A program made the translations under genes and the position numbers. Below are positions 27,105-37,379 of a DNA stretch of 61,477 bases, one piece after another. Source of the stretch: an uncultured Enterobacteriaceae bacterium. Lineage in GTDB: Bacteria > Desulfobacterota > Binatia > Bin18. The DNA lies in NCBI GenBank assembly GCA_964639795.1, contig CAZXFE010000001.1, positions 1 through 61,477 of the forward strand, written 5' to 3'. The notes beneath the pieces are model-generated. The model worked only from the letters and a program-made list of their open reading frames with translations. It was not told the origin of the DNA and searched no databases. Each line of letters opens with the position of its first letter. The first letter of the stretch is position 1.

Positions 27105-29078
27105 TTGTATAACCTGGTTTCAGATTGGCTGCCGCAAGGGGATCAGTCAAAGGCAATTGAGATGCTGTCACGCGGTCTTGTTGATGGGCAGGATCGCCAG
27201 GTGCTTCTGGGTGTCACTGGGTCTGGAAAAACTTTCACCGTGGCCCACGTTATTCAGCGATCAAACCGGCCTGCTCTGGTAATGGCGCCGAACAAGACTC
27301 TGGCCGCGCAGCTCTATAACGAATTCCGCGAGTTGTTTCCTCATAACGCCGTCCGGTATTACGTCAGTTATTACGACTACTACCAACCTGAAGCATATGT
27401 CCCACACACCGACACCTATATCGCTAAGGACTCCGCTGTTAACGAAGAAATAGACAAAATGCGCCACTCAACAACCAAAGCGTTGTTGGACCGTCGCGAC
27501 GTGATTGTTGTAGCAAGCGTCTCTTGTATCTATGGACTCGGATCACCAGAATCGTATTTTGACCTTATTGTCTTTGTCGAGGAAAGCACTGAGATCGACC
27601 GGGACGCCTTCCTCAGACAACTAGTTAGCATTCAATACGAGCGAAAAGACTATGACTTTTACCGAGGCACGTTCCGCGCCAAAGGGGACACTGTAGATAT
27701 ATTCCCCGCCTACGAAGATAAGCATGCTATTCGCATAGAATTTTTTGGCGACACCGTTGAGAGAATCGTCGAGATAGACCCGATACTCGGTAAACCCTTG
27801 CGACGCATGGATAAAGTCGCTTTCTATCCGGCAAGTCACTACGCAACCAAGCCGGATCTACTGAAGCGTGCGATCGCATCCATACGTACCGAACTTGAGG
27901 AACGCTTAGCCAAATTACATATGGACGGTTACATTCTTGAGGCTCAGCGTCTTGAACAACGCACCCTCTACGATATTGCACTATTGGAGGAGATGGGAGT
28001 CTGCCCGGGTATTGAGAATTATTCGCGCCATATAGATGGACGGTCGCCAGGGGAACCACCCTTCACATTGCTCAGCTACTTCCCAGAGGATTATTTGTTA
28101 TTTATTGACGAGAGTCACGTCACCGTTCCGCAGATCGGTGGCATGTACCGCGCAGATGTCTCCCGTAAACAACCGCTTGTCGATCATGGGTTTAGGTTGC
28201 CCTCGGCCATCGATAATAGGCCCCTCAGTTTTACTGAGTTTGAGGCTCGCATGGGGCAAGTAACTTTCGTATCAGCAACTCCCAGCGAGTACGAGTTACG
28301 TGGAAGCAGTTCTGTAGTCGAACAAGTCGTACGCCCCACGGGATTGCTGGACCCGCAGATCCTTGTTAGGCCAGCAAATACCCAAGTTGAAGATCTCTTA
28401 GATGAGATTCACGAGCGCGCAGGCCGCGAAGAGCGCGTCTTAATCACCACTCTCACCAAGCGACTGGCTGAAGACCTGACTGATTATTACCTTCAGATGG
28501 GAATCAGAGTCCGATACCTTCACTCAGACATTGATACACTGGAACGTATCGAAATTATTCGAGACTTACGTTTTGGTAGTTTCGAGGTTCTCGTGGGGAT
28601 TAACCTCCTCCGGGAGGGTCTTGATATACCCGAAGTCGCGCTCGTGGCAATTCTCGACGCTGATAAGGAAGGATTTCTGCGCTCAGTAACGTCGCTGGTT
28701 CAGACCATCGGGCGAGCATCACGAAATATCAATGGCACAGTAATTATGTATGCAGACATCGTGACTTCGTCTATGCGGCGCGCCATGGACGAAACAGAGC
28801 GGCGGCGCGAAATTCAACTACAGTTCAATGTAGATCACGGCATTACTCCGGAAAGCATTCAAAAGGCCGTAAGTGCTCCACTCGTCCGCTCTTACAAGGA
28901 AACATCTGGAGAAAATGCAACATCAAACTCTGGAAACGATATTCTTGGTAGAGGCGAGACTGTGGAGCAACTAAAAAAGGCCATGCACAAAGCTGCGTCA
29001 GCCCTGGATTTTGAGGAGGCAGGACAGATCCGTGACCGGATTGCCTCCATAGGGCAACGTGAACTTGGTATCCGCTAA
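27105..29078 (+). CDS. uvrB: excinuclease ABC subunit B
   Basis: 657 aa, TTG start. [14 protein letters not shown], helicase C-terminal motifs and a C-terminal UVR domain ([13 protein letters not shown]). Confidence 0.95.
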   Translation: MYNLVSDWLPQGDQSKAIEMLSRGLVDGQDRQVLLGVTGSGKTFTVAHVIQRSNRPALVMAPNKTLAAQLYNEFRELFPHNAVRYYVSYYDYYQPEAYVPHTDTYIAKDSAVNEEIDKMRHSTTKALLDRRDVIVVASVSCIYGLGSPESYFDLIVFVEESTEIDRDAFLRQLVSIQYERKDYDFYRGTFRAKGDTVDIFPAYEDKHAIRIEFFGDTVERIVEIDPILGKPLRRMDKVAFYPASHYATKPDLLKRAIASIRTELEERLAKLHMDGYILEAQRLEQRTLYDIALLEEMGVCPGIENYSRHIDGRSPGEPPFTLLSYFPEDYLLFIDESHVTVPQIGGMYRADVSRKQPLVDHGFRLPSAIDNRPLSFTEFEARMGQVTFVSATPSEYELRGSSSVVEQVVRPTGLLDPQILVRPANTQVEDLLDEIHERAGREERVLITTLTKRLAEDLTDYYLQMGIRVRYLHSDIDTLERIEIIRDLRFGSFEVLVGINLLREGLDIPEVALVAILDADKEGFLRSVTSLVQTIGRASRNINGTVIMYADIVTSSMRRAMDETERRREIQLQFNVDHGITPESIQKAVSAPLVRSYKETSGENATSNSGNDILGRGETVEQLKKAMHKAASALDFEEAGQIRDRIASIGQRELGIR

Positions 29079-29107
29079 ACAAATCCGTTGCCTTAGCCTC
29101 AGCTCTC

Positions 29108-29308
29108 CTACCCTCTTTTGCTGGTGTTGCCTCGTCTGGTGGCTCCGTCACCTATCTTTGTGTTTCGACCCAGAGTCGGCGTAAAAGTACGAGCATAACG
29201 CTTTTTCATGGGAGCACCACAGTTCGTGCATTTGACGTTGTCCTCCGTCAGGAGTGAGCTGGGAGGGGCCACTGTTCTGCATTTGCTGCACCGGAAATAG
29301 TATTCCAA
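29108..29308 (-). CDS. small zinc-ribbon protein (66 aa)
   Basis: CSKC..18..CTNC followed by a basic tail. Convergent with uvrB. Confidence 0.35.
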   Translation of the reverse strand: MEYYFRCSKCRTVAPPSSLLTEDNVKCTNCGAPMKKRYARTFTPTLGRNTKIGDGATRRGNTSKRG

Positions 29309-29425
29309 GTATTCATTCTCTATTTACACCAGCTCTAAGCGCAGTCCTGCTCTGGCGAATACCACATGAGTTCGGCTTAAATCGGTTTGTTCTTTGGTCT
29401 CGCCCTCTGCATCAGTAGCACTCGT

Positions 29426-29557
29426 TTAGGCCTTTTCTGCCATTGAGGCAGTCTCTCCTTTTGCCTCTTCTGCCATTTCGTCGGCTGCCGCACTCATCGG
29501 AGCACTTACGAAGCCCACCGTCAGCACACATGCCAGGACTGTTGTCCAACGCTTCAT
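29426..29557 (-). CDS. small secreted peptide (43 aa)
   Basis: GAGGAA Shine-Dalgarno. Reads MKRWTTVLACVLTVGFVSAPMSAAADEMAEEAKGETASMAEKA. Too short to appear in the ORF track. Confidence 0.35.
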   Translation of the reverse strand: MKRWTTVLACVLTVGFVSAPMSAAADEMAEEAKGETASMAEKA

Positions 29558-29698
29558 CTATTTCATTCCTCTGTAGGACATTTTAAATTTTCTTAGCTTT
29601 CTCAAGTTTGTTTTTCTTTAATCAATCAACAAAGAAAGGACAATACGCTCGCGGGAGATGCCGGATTTGCACCTTAGGCAAGGTTCCATTTCCACCCA

Positions 29699-30294
29699 TT
29701 AACCCGGCGCATCACGTGCGATACGCCGGTATATGTTAATCGCAGCACCACTCGGAACCGGTTCAGTCTTTATTAGTATCAAACCATTCAGTGCGGTGTC
29801 CTGACCAAACAGACGTTTCCCGGCGCCAACGACAACGGGAAAGGTCCATAGTCGGAGTTCATCGACAAGTCCCTGGGCAAGAAAGGTCTGTAGCAGTTGC
29901 AAGCAGCCGTGAACTTGTAACAGGGGGCCATCTTGGCCCTTGAGCAGAAAGACCTTTGCCGCAATGTTCCCGGTGATACACTCAGAGTTTTTCTATTCGA
30001 ATTTGCTTAACGTGGATGTGACAACGAACTTTGTCGTATTGTTCATCTTTTTGGCATCTGGACTGACGTCGCCTGCAGGTCGATGGGCCGGGAACAGCTC
30101 ACAAGTCTTTCGGCCGAACAGTATGTCATAAGGAGCAACCGTCGCTTCTCTTCTCGCCTGTTCCATCACCTCGCCCCAGCACTTGACGGCCCAACCACCC
30201 TGGCTAAATCCACCAGAAAGATCTTCCTCTGGTAATCTAGGAGGCTGCATACGCCGTCATGCGTCAAGAAAGTCAAAATAGCGAGATCTCTCAT
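29699..30294 (-). pseudogene. RibD_C / dihydrofolate reductase-family protein with a frameshift and an in-frame TAG
   Basis: MRDLAILTFLTHDGV / (frameshift near 30252) MQPPRLPEEDLSGGFSQGGW..LFGRKTCELF..KFVVTSTLSKFE-TAG(29993-29995)-KNSECITG..LVDELRLWTFPVVVGAGKRLF. The TAG sits where the family usually has W. Confidence 0.7.
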
Positions 30295-30367
30295 CACTGC
30301 TCCGTAGGTTGACAAGTACCCTGGTGCTGCTGAGCTCCCCGCGACCAACCGATTTTGTCACGCTGAG

Positions 30368-30399
30368 AAGGCCGAGTACTCGCATTGCTCGGCCTTTTT
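30368..30399 (+). terminator. intrinsic-terminator-like hairpin with no obvious upstream plus-strand gene
   Basis: AAGGCCGAG-N11-CTCGGCCTT followed by TTTTT. Confidence 0.4.
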
Positions 30400-30710
30400 G
30401 GCTCAGTTGATCCGCCACATAAAAAGATGCTCACAGGTGTGCAGCATCGCATCGGAATCCTGGGCTCATTGCGAGACATCTCTAGATGCTCTCACCGTGC
30501 CGATCGAACTGGGCTGCTGGTGGGGTACCAAAGCGCAAGGCTCTACTGTTAAAGCTGGGGCTCTGCTATCCGTTTCGTTCCGCAGTCGGCAAGGTCTGTC
30601 TTTTCGTATTCTTGAGCTCGATCCTAATCGCCTCGTAGTGCCCGTGTGCTTCAAAGGTCCTCTCGCCTGGGAGGGAAAACCTTCGCTTTTAATTCTCGGG
30701 CTTTATAACA

Positions 30711-31484
30711 TCAGTTCGTTCGGATCTTACACCACACAGGCGTATGATCCGACGGCTTGTTCTTCCCACGCGGTTCTCGATCGATCTCGCAGGCTTCCAA
30801 TCTGTCAGCGGCTTGCGGGGATAATAGCAAATGATCGATACGCACGCCTTCGTCCTTGCTCCAGCGACCTGCCTGATAGTCCCAGAATGTATACGTACCA
30901 AGATTCTGGTTAAATACGCGGACCGCGTCAGTTAGCCCTAGGTACAACAGTTTGCGAAACCACGCCCGTGTCTCCGGCCGACACAACGCATCGTTTGCAA
31001 ACCCAACTGGATCATACACATCAGCGTCTGTGGGGCAGATGTTGAAATCACCCGCCAAGACGAAAGGCCTTTCGCTTTGGAGGAGCCGTTCCGCATGTAA
31101 ATACAAGCGCTCCATCCAGGCAATCTTGTACCCAAATTTGGGCCCATCGATAGGATTTCCGTTGGGGAGATAGATACAGGCAACGCTTATGTCGTCAACC
31201 CTTGCCTGAAGAAACCGCGCTTCCTCATCGCTCTCATCTCCCGGAAGCTGTATCTCTTCTATCTCTAAAGGGTGCCTGGAGAGAATCGCGACACCGTTGT
31301 ATGACTTTTGGCCAACAAGAGTAACGTTATAGCCAGCCGATTCTATTACGCCCAGCGGAAATGTTTTTCCAGTCGCCTTAATCTCTTGGAGGCATACCAA
31401 ATCGGGGGCGGCGGTTCCGAGCCACTCGATGAGTAATTGTTCACGTGCTCGGACAGAATTCACGTTCCAGGTAGCGATCTTCAT
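30711..31484 (-). CDS. xth: exodeoxyribonuclease III, paralog 2
   Basis: 257 aa from MKIATWNVNSVR, with LVCLQE, GDFNI, SDHTPV. Starts 7 nt after the polA stop. Confidence 0.9.
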   Translation of the reverse strand: MKIATWNVNSVRAREQLLIEWLGTAAPDLVCLQEIKATGKTFPLGVIESAGYNVTLVGQKSYNGVAILSRHPLEIEEIQLPGDESDEEARFLQARVDDISVACIYLPNGNPIDGPKFGYKIAWMERLYLHAERLLQSERPFVLAGDFNICPTDADVYDPVGFANDALCRPETRAWFRKLLYLGLTDAVRVFNQNLGTYTFWDYQAGRWSKDEGVRIDHLLLSPQAADRLEACEIDREPRGKNKPSDHTPVWCKIRTN

Positions 31485-31491
31485 ACACGCT

Positions 31492-34224
31492 TTAGTGGGC
31501 CTCTGCCCATGTCTGCCCCACACCACACTCGACAACAAGGGGCACGCTAAACGGGACTGCCGGCATGTTCACGGTTTCCATAAGCGGCTTTATTACCAAT
31601 ATGAGGTCGTCAACACACTCGTCCTCCACCTCAAAGAGTAATTCGTCATGTACGGTTAGTAGGAAGTATGCCCGCTTTTCCAACCCATGCTTTTGCAGAG
31701 CCACAGGGACCCGTGCAATTGCACGTTTTAAGAGATCAGCTGCCGTCCCTTGGATGGGCGCATTTATCGCGGCACGTTCTGCGAACGCACGGTGCCCAGG
31801 ATTTTTGTCGCCAATGCCAGGAATCAGGCAGCGACGGCCAAACAAGGTACGGACTGCGCCATGTTCTCGGCACTCTTCCTTCGTCGCTTCCATATAGTCT
31901 CGTATCCCGGGATAACGTTCAAAGTAGCCCTTGATAAACGCGGCCGCGTCCCGTCTTGAGATACCGAGTTGCTGCGCTAATCCGAACGCTCCAAGGCCAT
32001 ATATGATTCCGAAGTTAATGGCCTTAGCGCTTCGACGTTGATCGGCCGTGACCTCATCTACACAGACACCAAACGTCTCAGCGGCGGTCATCGCGTGTAT
32101 ATCCCGTCCCTCAGCAAAGGCTTGGCGCAATGTTTTGATGTCTGCAATATGCGATAATATCCTGAGTTCTATCTGCGAATAATCGAGAGAGACGAGCTGG
32201 CTTCCAGGCTTGGCCACAAACGCCTCGCGAATTTTCTGCCCAGCTTCTGACCGTATTGGAATATTCATGAGATTGGGATCAACCGACGCGAGACGCCCAG
32301 TTGACGCCGCGGCTATTGCAAAAATGCTATGAACGCGACCTGTGTCTGGATGGATCTGTCTCGGGAGCACATCTGTATAAGTGCTCTTCAGCCTGCTGAG
32401 CTGGCGCCAACTCAGCAGGCGCGAGGCGATCTCGTATCCTTCTGCGCTTAACTTTTCTAGCATTGTGGCATTAGTAGAATAGGCACCCGACTTCCCTTTG
32501 CGCCCCCCCTTAGCTCCCATCTCCTCAAATAGCACGGTTCCCACCTGCTGAGGCGAGCCAAGTTTAAATTCATGGCCAGCTAGTGTGTAACACTCTTGTT
32601 CATACCGCCCCATATCCACCGCGAGTTCTTCGCTGACCTGCCGCAGACGGTCGCCGTCGACCATCACACCCGTCATCTCCATTGACCCGAGCACCGCTAT
32701 CAATGGACGTTCGACCGTTTCATACACCGTAGTGACGCCCTGCAAAGCCAGCTCCGGCTTAAGCAGCCTGTGCAATCGCATGATGCACTCGACACGCTCG
32801 CCCATATATTTTGCAGCTGTGTCAACCGGCACCTCACCAAACGCAATCGCTGACTTTCCAGTTCCTACTATGCCTTTGTATGGCGTTAATGTTCGGCCCA
32901 ACTTCCGTGCTGCCACATCTTCTAGAGACCCGCTTTGAGTTACTCCTTGCAGCACAAACGAAATCAGCAGCACATCGTCAACGGGCTGAACCTCTAGACC
33001 GTATCTCGCTAGGGCGACAACGGCGGCTTTGACATCATAGCCAATCTTCAGGACAGCTGCATTGCTGAGTAGTGGTGCAAGGACCGCAAACGCGGCCGCG
33101 CCATTTGAACCTTGGAGCGGCACATATCCGATACGACTCGGATCAACACACAGCGCAATCCCTACAAGCTCAACATTCAGATAGCGCTCCGTCGTCGTCT
33201 GAGTATGAATAGCTACCGAACCGGCCCGAATTGCCTCCTCTACCCACTCTTTAAGCACGTCGGCCGATGTAATCACTTCGCACTTACTAAGTAAGACCGG
33301 CTCATCACTCTGCAGAGGGGTTTCTTCAATACCCAACTTTTTCTGAAGCCGCGTCACTACAGATTTAAACTCTTGCTCCCGCAGAAATGTGAGTAACTGT
33401 TCAGGGTCTGGCTCTTCCCGCGCTAAATCTGAGAGAGGCAGGGGGGTCGGGGCGTTGTCTCTGAGGCGAACAAGCTCACGTGAGACTCTGGCCAGGTCAG
33501 CATATTCAAGAAGATTCGCTCGTCTCTTTGGCTGCTTAATCTCACCTGCTCGCGTAAGCAATGTATCCAGGTCACCATATTCGGCAATCAAAATTGCCGC
33601 GGTCTTTATACCGATACCGGGCACCCCCGGGACGTTGTCAGTAGAGTCTCCGGCAAGTGCTTGAATCTCGACGACTTTCTCTGGTGACACCCCGAATTTT
33701 ATATACACCTCCTCCGGTCCGATATGGACCTCCTTCATAGGATCATACATCCCGATTCCTGGTCGTATGAGTTGCATAAGGTCTTTGTCAGATGACACTA
33801 TTGTTGCGGCCATTCCAGCTTCACGTGCCAAACGGGCATATGTCGCGATGAGGTCATCCGCCTCGTATCCCGTAACCCCCAACTGCGCGACATTAAACGC
33901 TGCAACAGCCTCTCTTATAAGAGCAAACTGTGGAATAAGGTCATCAGGAGGCGGAGGCCTGTGGGCTTTGTAAGCCGTATAAATATCGTTGCGAAAGGTG
34001 CGACGTGCCACATCGAAAACCACAGCGATGTGATCGGCATCGGTGTCATCGAGGAGCTTCATAAGCATGTTGACGAAGCCTAATAGCGCGTTCACCGGGG
34101 TACCGTCAGACCGCGTCAAATCCGGCAGTGAGTGGAATGCTCGAAACGTAAATCCCGATCCATCAACTAAAAGGAGATGTCCTTTGGTAGTTGCCGCTTC
34201 GTCCATACTCGGTTTCCCTCGCAA
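31492..34224 (-). CDS. polA: DNA polymerase I
   Basis: 910 aa with 5'-nuclease (LLLVDGSGFTFRAFH), 3'-5' exonuclease-like and family A polymerase domains (DYSQIELR, RRSAKAINFGIIYG, QVHDEL-like TVHDELLFE). Confidence 0.95.
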   Translation of the reverse strand: MRGKPSMDEAATTKGHLLLVDGSGFTFRAFHSLPDLTRSDGTPVNALLGFVNMLMKLLDDTDADHIAVVFDVARRTFRNDIYTAYKAHRPPPPDDLIPQFALIREAVAAFNVAQLGVTGYEADDLIATYARLAREAGMAATIVSSDKDLMQLIRPGIGMYDPMKEVHIGPEEVYIKFGVSPEKVVEIQALAGDSTDNVPGVPGIGIKTAAILIAEYGDLDTLLTRAGEIKQPKRRANLLEYADLARVSRELVRLRDNAPTPLPLSDLAREEPDPEQLLTFLREQEFKSVVTRLQKKLGIEETPLQSDEPVLLSKCEVITSADVLKEWVEEAIRAGSVAIHTQTTTERYLNVELVGIALCVDPSRIGYVPLQGSNGAAAFAVLAPLLSNAAVLKIGYDVKAAVVALARYGLEVQPVDDVLLISFVLQGVTQSGSLEDVAARKLGRTLTPYKGIVGTGKSAIAFGEVPVDTAAKYMGERVECIMRLHRLLKPELALQGVTTVYETVERPLIAVLGSMEMTGVMVDGDRLRQVSEELAVDMGRYEQECYTLAGHEFKLGSPQQVGTVLFEEMGAKGGRKGKSGAYSTNATMLEKLSAEGYEIASRLLSWRQLSRLKSTYTDVLPRQIHPDTGRVHSIFAIAAASTGRLASVDPNLMNIPIRSEAGQKIREAFVAKPGSQLVSLDYSQIELRILSHIADIKTLRQAFAEGRDIHAMTAAETFGVCVDEVTADQRRSAKAINFGIIYGLGAFGLAQQLGISRRDAAAFIKGYFERYPGIRDYMEATKEECREHGAVRTLFGRRCLIPGIGDKNPGHRAFAERAAINAPIQGTAADLLKRAIARVPVALQKHGLEKRAYFLLTVHDELLFEVEDECVDDLILVIKPLMETVNMPAVPFSVPLVVECGVGQTWAEAH

Positions 34225-34241
34225 CCTTCTAGCACGGCCTT

Positions 34242-34718
34242 CTAGTGCAATGCGTAGTCATAGATATAACAAAATACCCATTCGAAAGGATCAACAAACT
34301 CAGGCGCGGCGTCCACTTTATCCAATGCGTACGCAGAGACCAATGTAGCTAAATTCTTAACTGGCTCACTCGAAAATTCTGTTAGTGCCTCAGTATAAAC
34401 ACGGCGCATGAGTTCAAAGCTATGTGAAAGTTCCGCTATGATCTCGACTCGTGGCGCCGGACCCAGACCTACGTCAAATAGTTCTTACGCAACGGTCTCG
34501 ACAAGCGCGTTATCGAGACCGACCTCTTTATTATCTCGGATTAAGATCCGGGCCGCAAACATAGAAAATAGCAGGATGTTGACGCAGCCGGCGCCTCGTC
34601 CTAAGAGAGTAGGGATCCGGAACTCCGCTTCGGTGAGCTCCAGGAGCGTTGCTGGCGTTTCTCTAGCTATGCGTTGCACACAACGGCTGGCAATCATTTC
34701 GTGGGGGTCCATACTCAA
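34242..34718 (-). pseudogene. 159-codon ORF of unknown family with one in-frame TAA, directly upstream of polA
   Basis: A single frame is readable from 34718 to 34242 apart from the TAA at 34482-34484. Ends 18 nt before the polA start. Confidence 0.4.
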
Positions 34719-35471
34719 TCACGGCGTGGATTGATATAATTAGTGATATCACCGGCAACCGTCCGTACGGCATCTTTCGTTACCTCTTCCGCTTCGCCGA
34801 GTCAGTCCCACTGGGCTGGGAGTGACTGCGGACCAGGGAGAATATCCGCAATGTCCGGATCCTCCCTTCCCTCAGTCTTCGGTGTCTCCGCTTTGCGCGC
34901 TTTCACCTCGCGCTTCCGCTCGGCTCTCTTTTTGCTTCTGTTGGCGATCCCGCTCCCGCTGGCGTTTCAAAAAAACTCTTTGCCGCCCGCCTGCCGTTCT
35001 GCCTCCTCCCCTAATTCTTCCGCTCGCAGCGCTCCCTCGACCAGTCTTACCGTTGCAGAAGGCAAGCACCAATAATGGAGGAAGGAACCACTGAAGCATT
35101 CATGTTATCGGTGACCCCACCACGCTTCTGGCGTCAATTATAGCCATCCGGTTCATTATCCCAGCGCAATCAAAATCAGTACCCCGGGGCATGGTCGTCA
35201 TCTTCTGAGAATTATATTTGACGGTTTGCCGTTAGCATAGCTAGAATTACTGGATTCGACTCGGAGTTTTGGCGGGCGATGACGCGCTCGTAAGCTGCGT
35301 CTACAACCAGCGTATGTAATTCGCCGAGTCAGTCGTTTGGCCCTTTACGCAGTTCCATTACAATTGCCGCCGTATTCGGGGATGCCGCCTCTGCCCAGGC
35401 CTTCTCTCCTGCGTTGGGTCGATTGCACCCAAATGCCTGCTTCATCGTAGTGCGCCGCCGCTGGGTTGATG

Positions 35472-35648
35472 TCAATGCTTGGCCGGCGCGGCGAGAATGA
35501 CCCTTGCTTGAACGACAGTCGCTTTTTCCCAAATGCTTTTGCGACAGCGAAGAAGTCGCGGATATCCCGTGGAATCATCCCCACATCCTGCTCCGTCCTC
35601 TCGCCATTGACGTGCTAAATCTTGGCGGATCTCTTCATCCCGCGTCAT
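35472..35648 (-). pseudogene. member C of the small-ORF family (MTRDEEIRQDLARQWRED...), probably frameshifted
   Basis: The N-terminus matches members A and B. A segment KRLSFKQGS in the next frame matches ERLRWKQIS downstream of member B. Confidence 0.3.
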
Positions 35649-35721
35649 AATCGCTGCCCCGCCCACAAGCCCCCGTTGTCGGTCCCGTATTCGTACAGAC
35701 TGTTCTTATCCACAGTCGTGA

Positions 35722-35922
35722 TCAGCGGGTGTAACGCAGGAGCCACACTAAGATGAGTTCCTGATAGGCCTCGCAGTTTTTTCGCTGCCCCAGTTCGACA
35801 ACCCCGTATAAGCCATGGTTCATAATGTACTTTCGAAACATCAGCCCGTAGGGCTCCAGTGCCGGAAACTCGACCAGCAGGGTTGCGGTATCCTCGTCCG
35901 TTAAGGATGCTTCAATGAACAT
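35722..35922 (-). CDS. hypothetical 66-aa ORF
   Basis: MFIEASLTDEDTATLLVEFPALEPYGLMF... Its start sits at the edge of repeat copy 1. Confidence 0.25.
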   Translation of the reverse strand: MFIEASLTDEDTATLLVEFPALEPYGLMFRKYIMNHGLYGVVELGQRKNCEAYQELILVWLLRYTR

Positions 35923-36039
35923 GCCAAATATCCGAAACTCTCTGCAGCGGGTCTTCTTGCGGAGGCGGCTCCTGCCAACAATGATGGGGGGGGTCTGTCG
36001 AGATTACAACGCTTAGATCGCCGTATTGCGGCCCAAGAT
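35912..36039 (+). repeat. direct repeat copy 1 (about 130 bp)
   Basis: TCAATGAACATGCCAAATATCCGAAACTCTCTGCAGCGGGTCTTCTT... aligns with 38723-38852 with a few substitutions and small indels. Confidence 0.85.
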
Positions 36040-36400
36040 CATTCCTCGTCGTTCCTAGGACCCGTTTGTTCGGCACCAGGTTGGCGTAACCCGCCCCTAT
36101 AAAAGAGCGCAAGTCTCCGACTGTTGACACGCTACCTGAAAATGAGCGATGTAGCGCACGAGATATCCGTGCAGGCGGGCGGGGACGGGCCGGCAGGCAC
36201 CCGTCGTACCATAGGTGGTAGCGGAAACTGAAATCCCGAAACCTTCTCCCGGCGGCGAACGAGAGTTTCATACCTCAGATCAAATGATGCGAAATTCGCG
36301 ACGTGATTCGCCCAGTACAACATGAAAGAGCAGAAACGGTTGAAGGATGTTGATCGAGCATTCCATCAAGACGGTCCGATGAGGAGATCGGGCAAAAATG
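35923..36400 (-). mobile_element. degenerate remnant resembling an IS200-like / REP-associated Y1 transposase (COG1943)
   Basis: Multi-frame pieces only. LYWANHVANF resembles LMPNHVHLL, and GAGYANLVPNKRVLGT resembles YIHLNPVRAGL. The resemblance is weak and several frameshifts are needed. Confidence 0.35.
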
Positions 36401-36489
36401 CCGATCATTCGGTTAAGTCAGCGTAAGCATATAACTTTGCTAACCTCCCTATAATTAAACATGTCATTTTGTGCCCGGTGACCCATTAA

Positions 36490-36626
36490 GGCGAAAGTCC
36501 AACCCCCTCAGAAGGGCCGAATTTTCGCCCATATCGCCAGCCGCCTGGCTGCCGAAGGCGAGCGCGCGAAAGGAGCAGATCGGCGGTGCTCAGGACGTCA
36601 AAATAAAATTGTTTTGGACTTTCGCC
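36490..36626. repeat. 13-bp perfect inverted repeat (GGCGAAAGTCCAA / TTGGACTTTCGCC) enclosing 111 nt
   Basis: Arms at 36490-36502 and 36614-36626. The interior contains further small hairpins (CAGCC-GCCT-GGCTG). Confidence 0.7.
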
Positions 36627-36830
36627 AGTACCGCTTAAAAGACTTCCATCACCAATTTGGGATACGGTTCGCGCGCCGGACCGTATCGCTCATTTCACCT
36701 CCCGTAGCCCTTGTCCGTTGACAGCTATTACCCTTTCTCTGCCTTAGCCATTTAGTCTCTATTTCTCGATTGTTTTACAGGACGCCAGGTTTACTTTCGT
36801 CAAATTTTCGCCTAGTGTCATGTCAGAACG

Positions 36831-37367
36831 ATGCAAACATTCCGCCAGTTATCTTCCCATCTCGCCTCAAAGCTGTCCGAGGAAATTCGTCAGCAGTTCG
36901 GAATAATCCCAGAAACAGGTCCACGATCGGAGGACTTCGCTCCTGTATTTCTCTCATTGGACCACGCTGTCACTATTGAAATCCATCCAGTATGGAAAGG
37001 TGAGGACACAGCATCTCATGCAACCAATAGGGCCGTCATCAGGGTCCGCAGCGCGCAGCAACATGCCCGCCATAGATCACTGGCATTTCGCCCGGACGGC
37101 GGTCGGTGGCCGATACAGAGGATTGTGTCTGCCGCGAGATCATTCCAAAACGAAAATAGGCGTTTTGCGTCGCTGGCAACAAAGACTCTGTCGAAACGGG
37201 AGCGTTTAAGAACGAAAGGAACGCAAGAGATCCCGCAGGTTCCTTCCGGCATGTACCTGCTACGCTTAGCGAATGGTAGGTATCGTATCACTATTACTGA
37301 GCTGACTCTCCCCTTAGAACCAACTCGCCGATTAGTGCGTTTTGTCGAGGAGAACACTGAGAGTTAA
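36831..37367 (+). CDS. hypothetical protein (178 aa)
   Basis: ORF only. No family recognised. Confidence 0.4.
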   Translation: MQTFRQLSSHLASKLSEEIRQQFGIIPETGPRSEDFAPVFLSLDHAVTIEIHPVWKGEDTASHATNRAVIRVRSAQQHARHRSLAFRPDGGRWPIQRIVSAARSFQNENRRFASLATKTLSKRERLRTKGTQEIPQVPSGMYLLRLANGRYRITITELTLPLEPTRRLVRFVEENTES

Positions 37368-37379
37368 AAAAGTCGTACC

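Noticed and set aside
36490-36626. A retron msr-msd, DGR template or other RT-associated RNA, suggested by flanking inverted repeats around a structured segment.
   Set aside because: No reverse transcriptase ORF (no YxDD motif) lies nearby on either strand, and I found no template/variable repeat pair.
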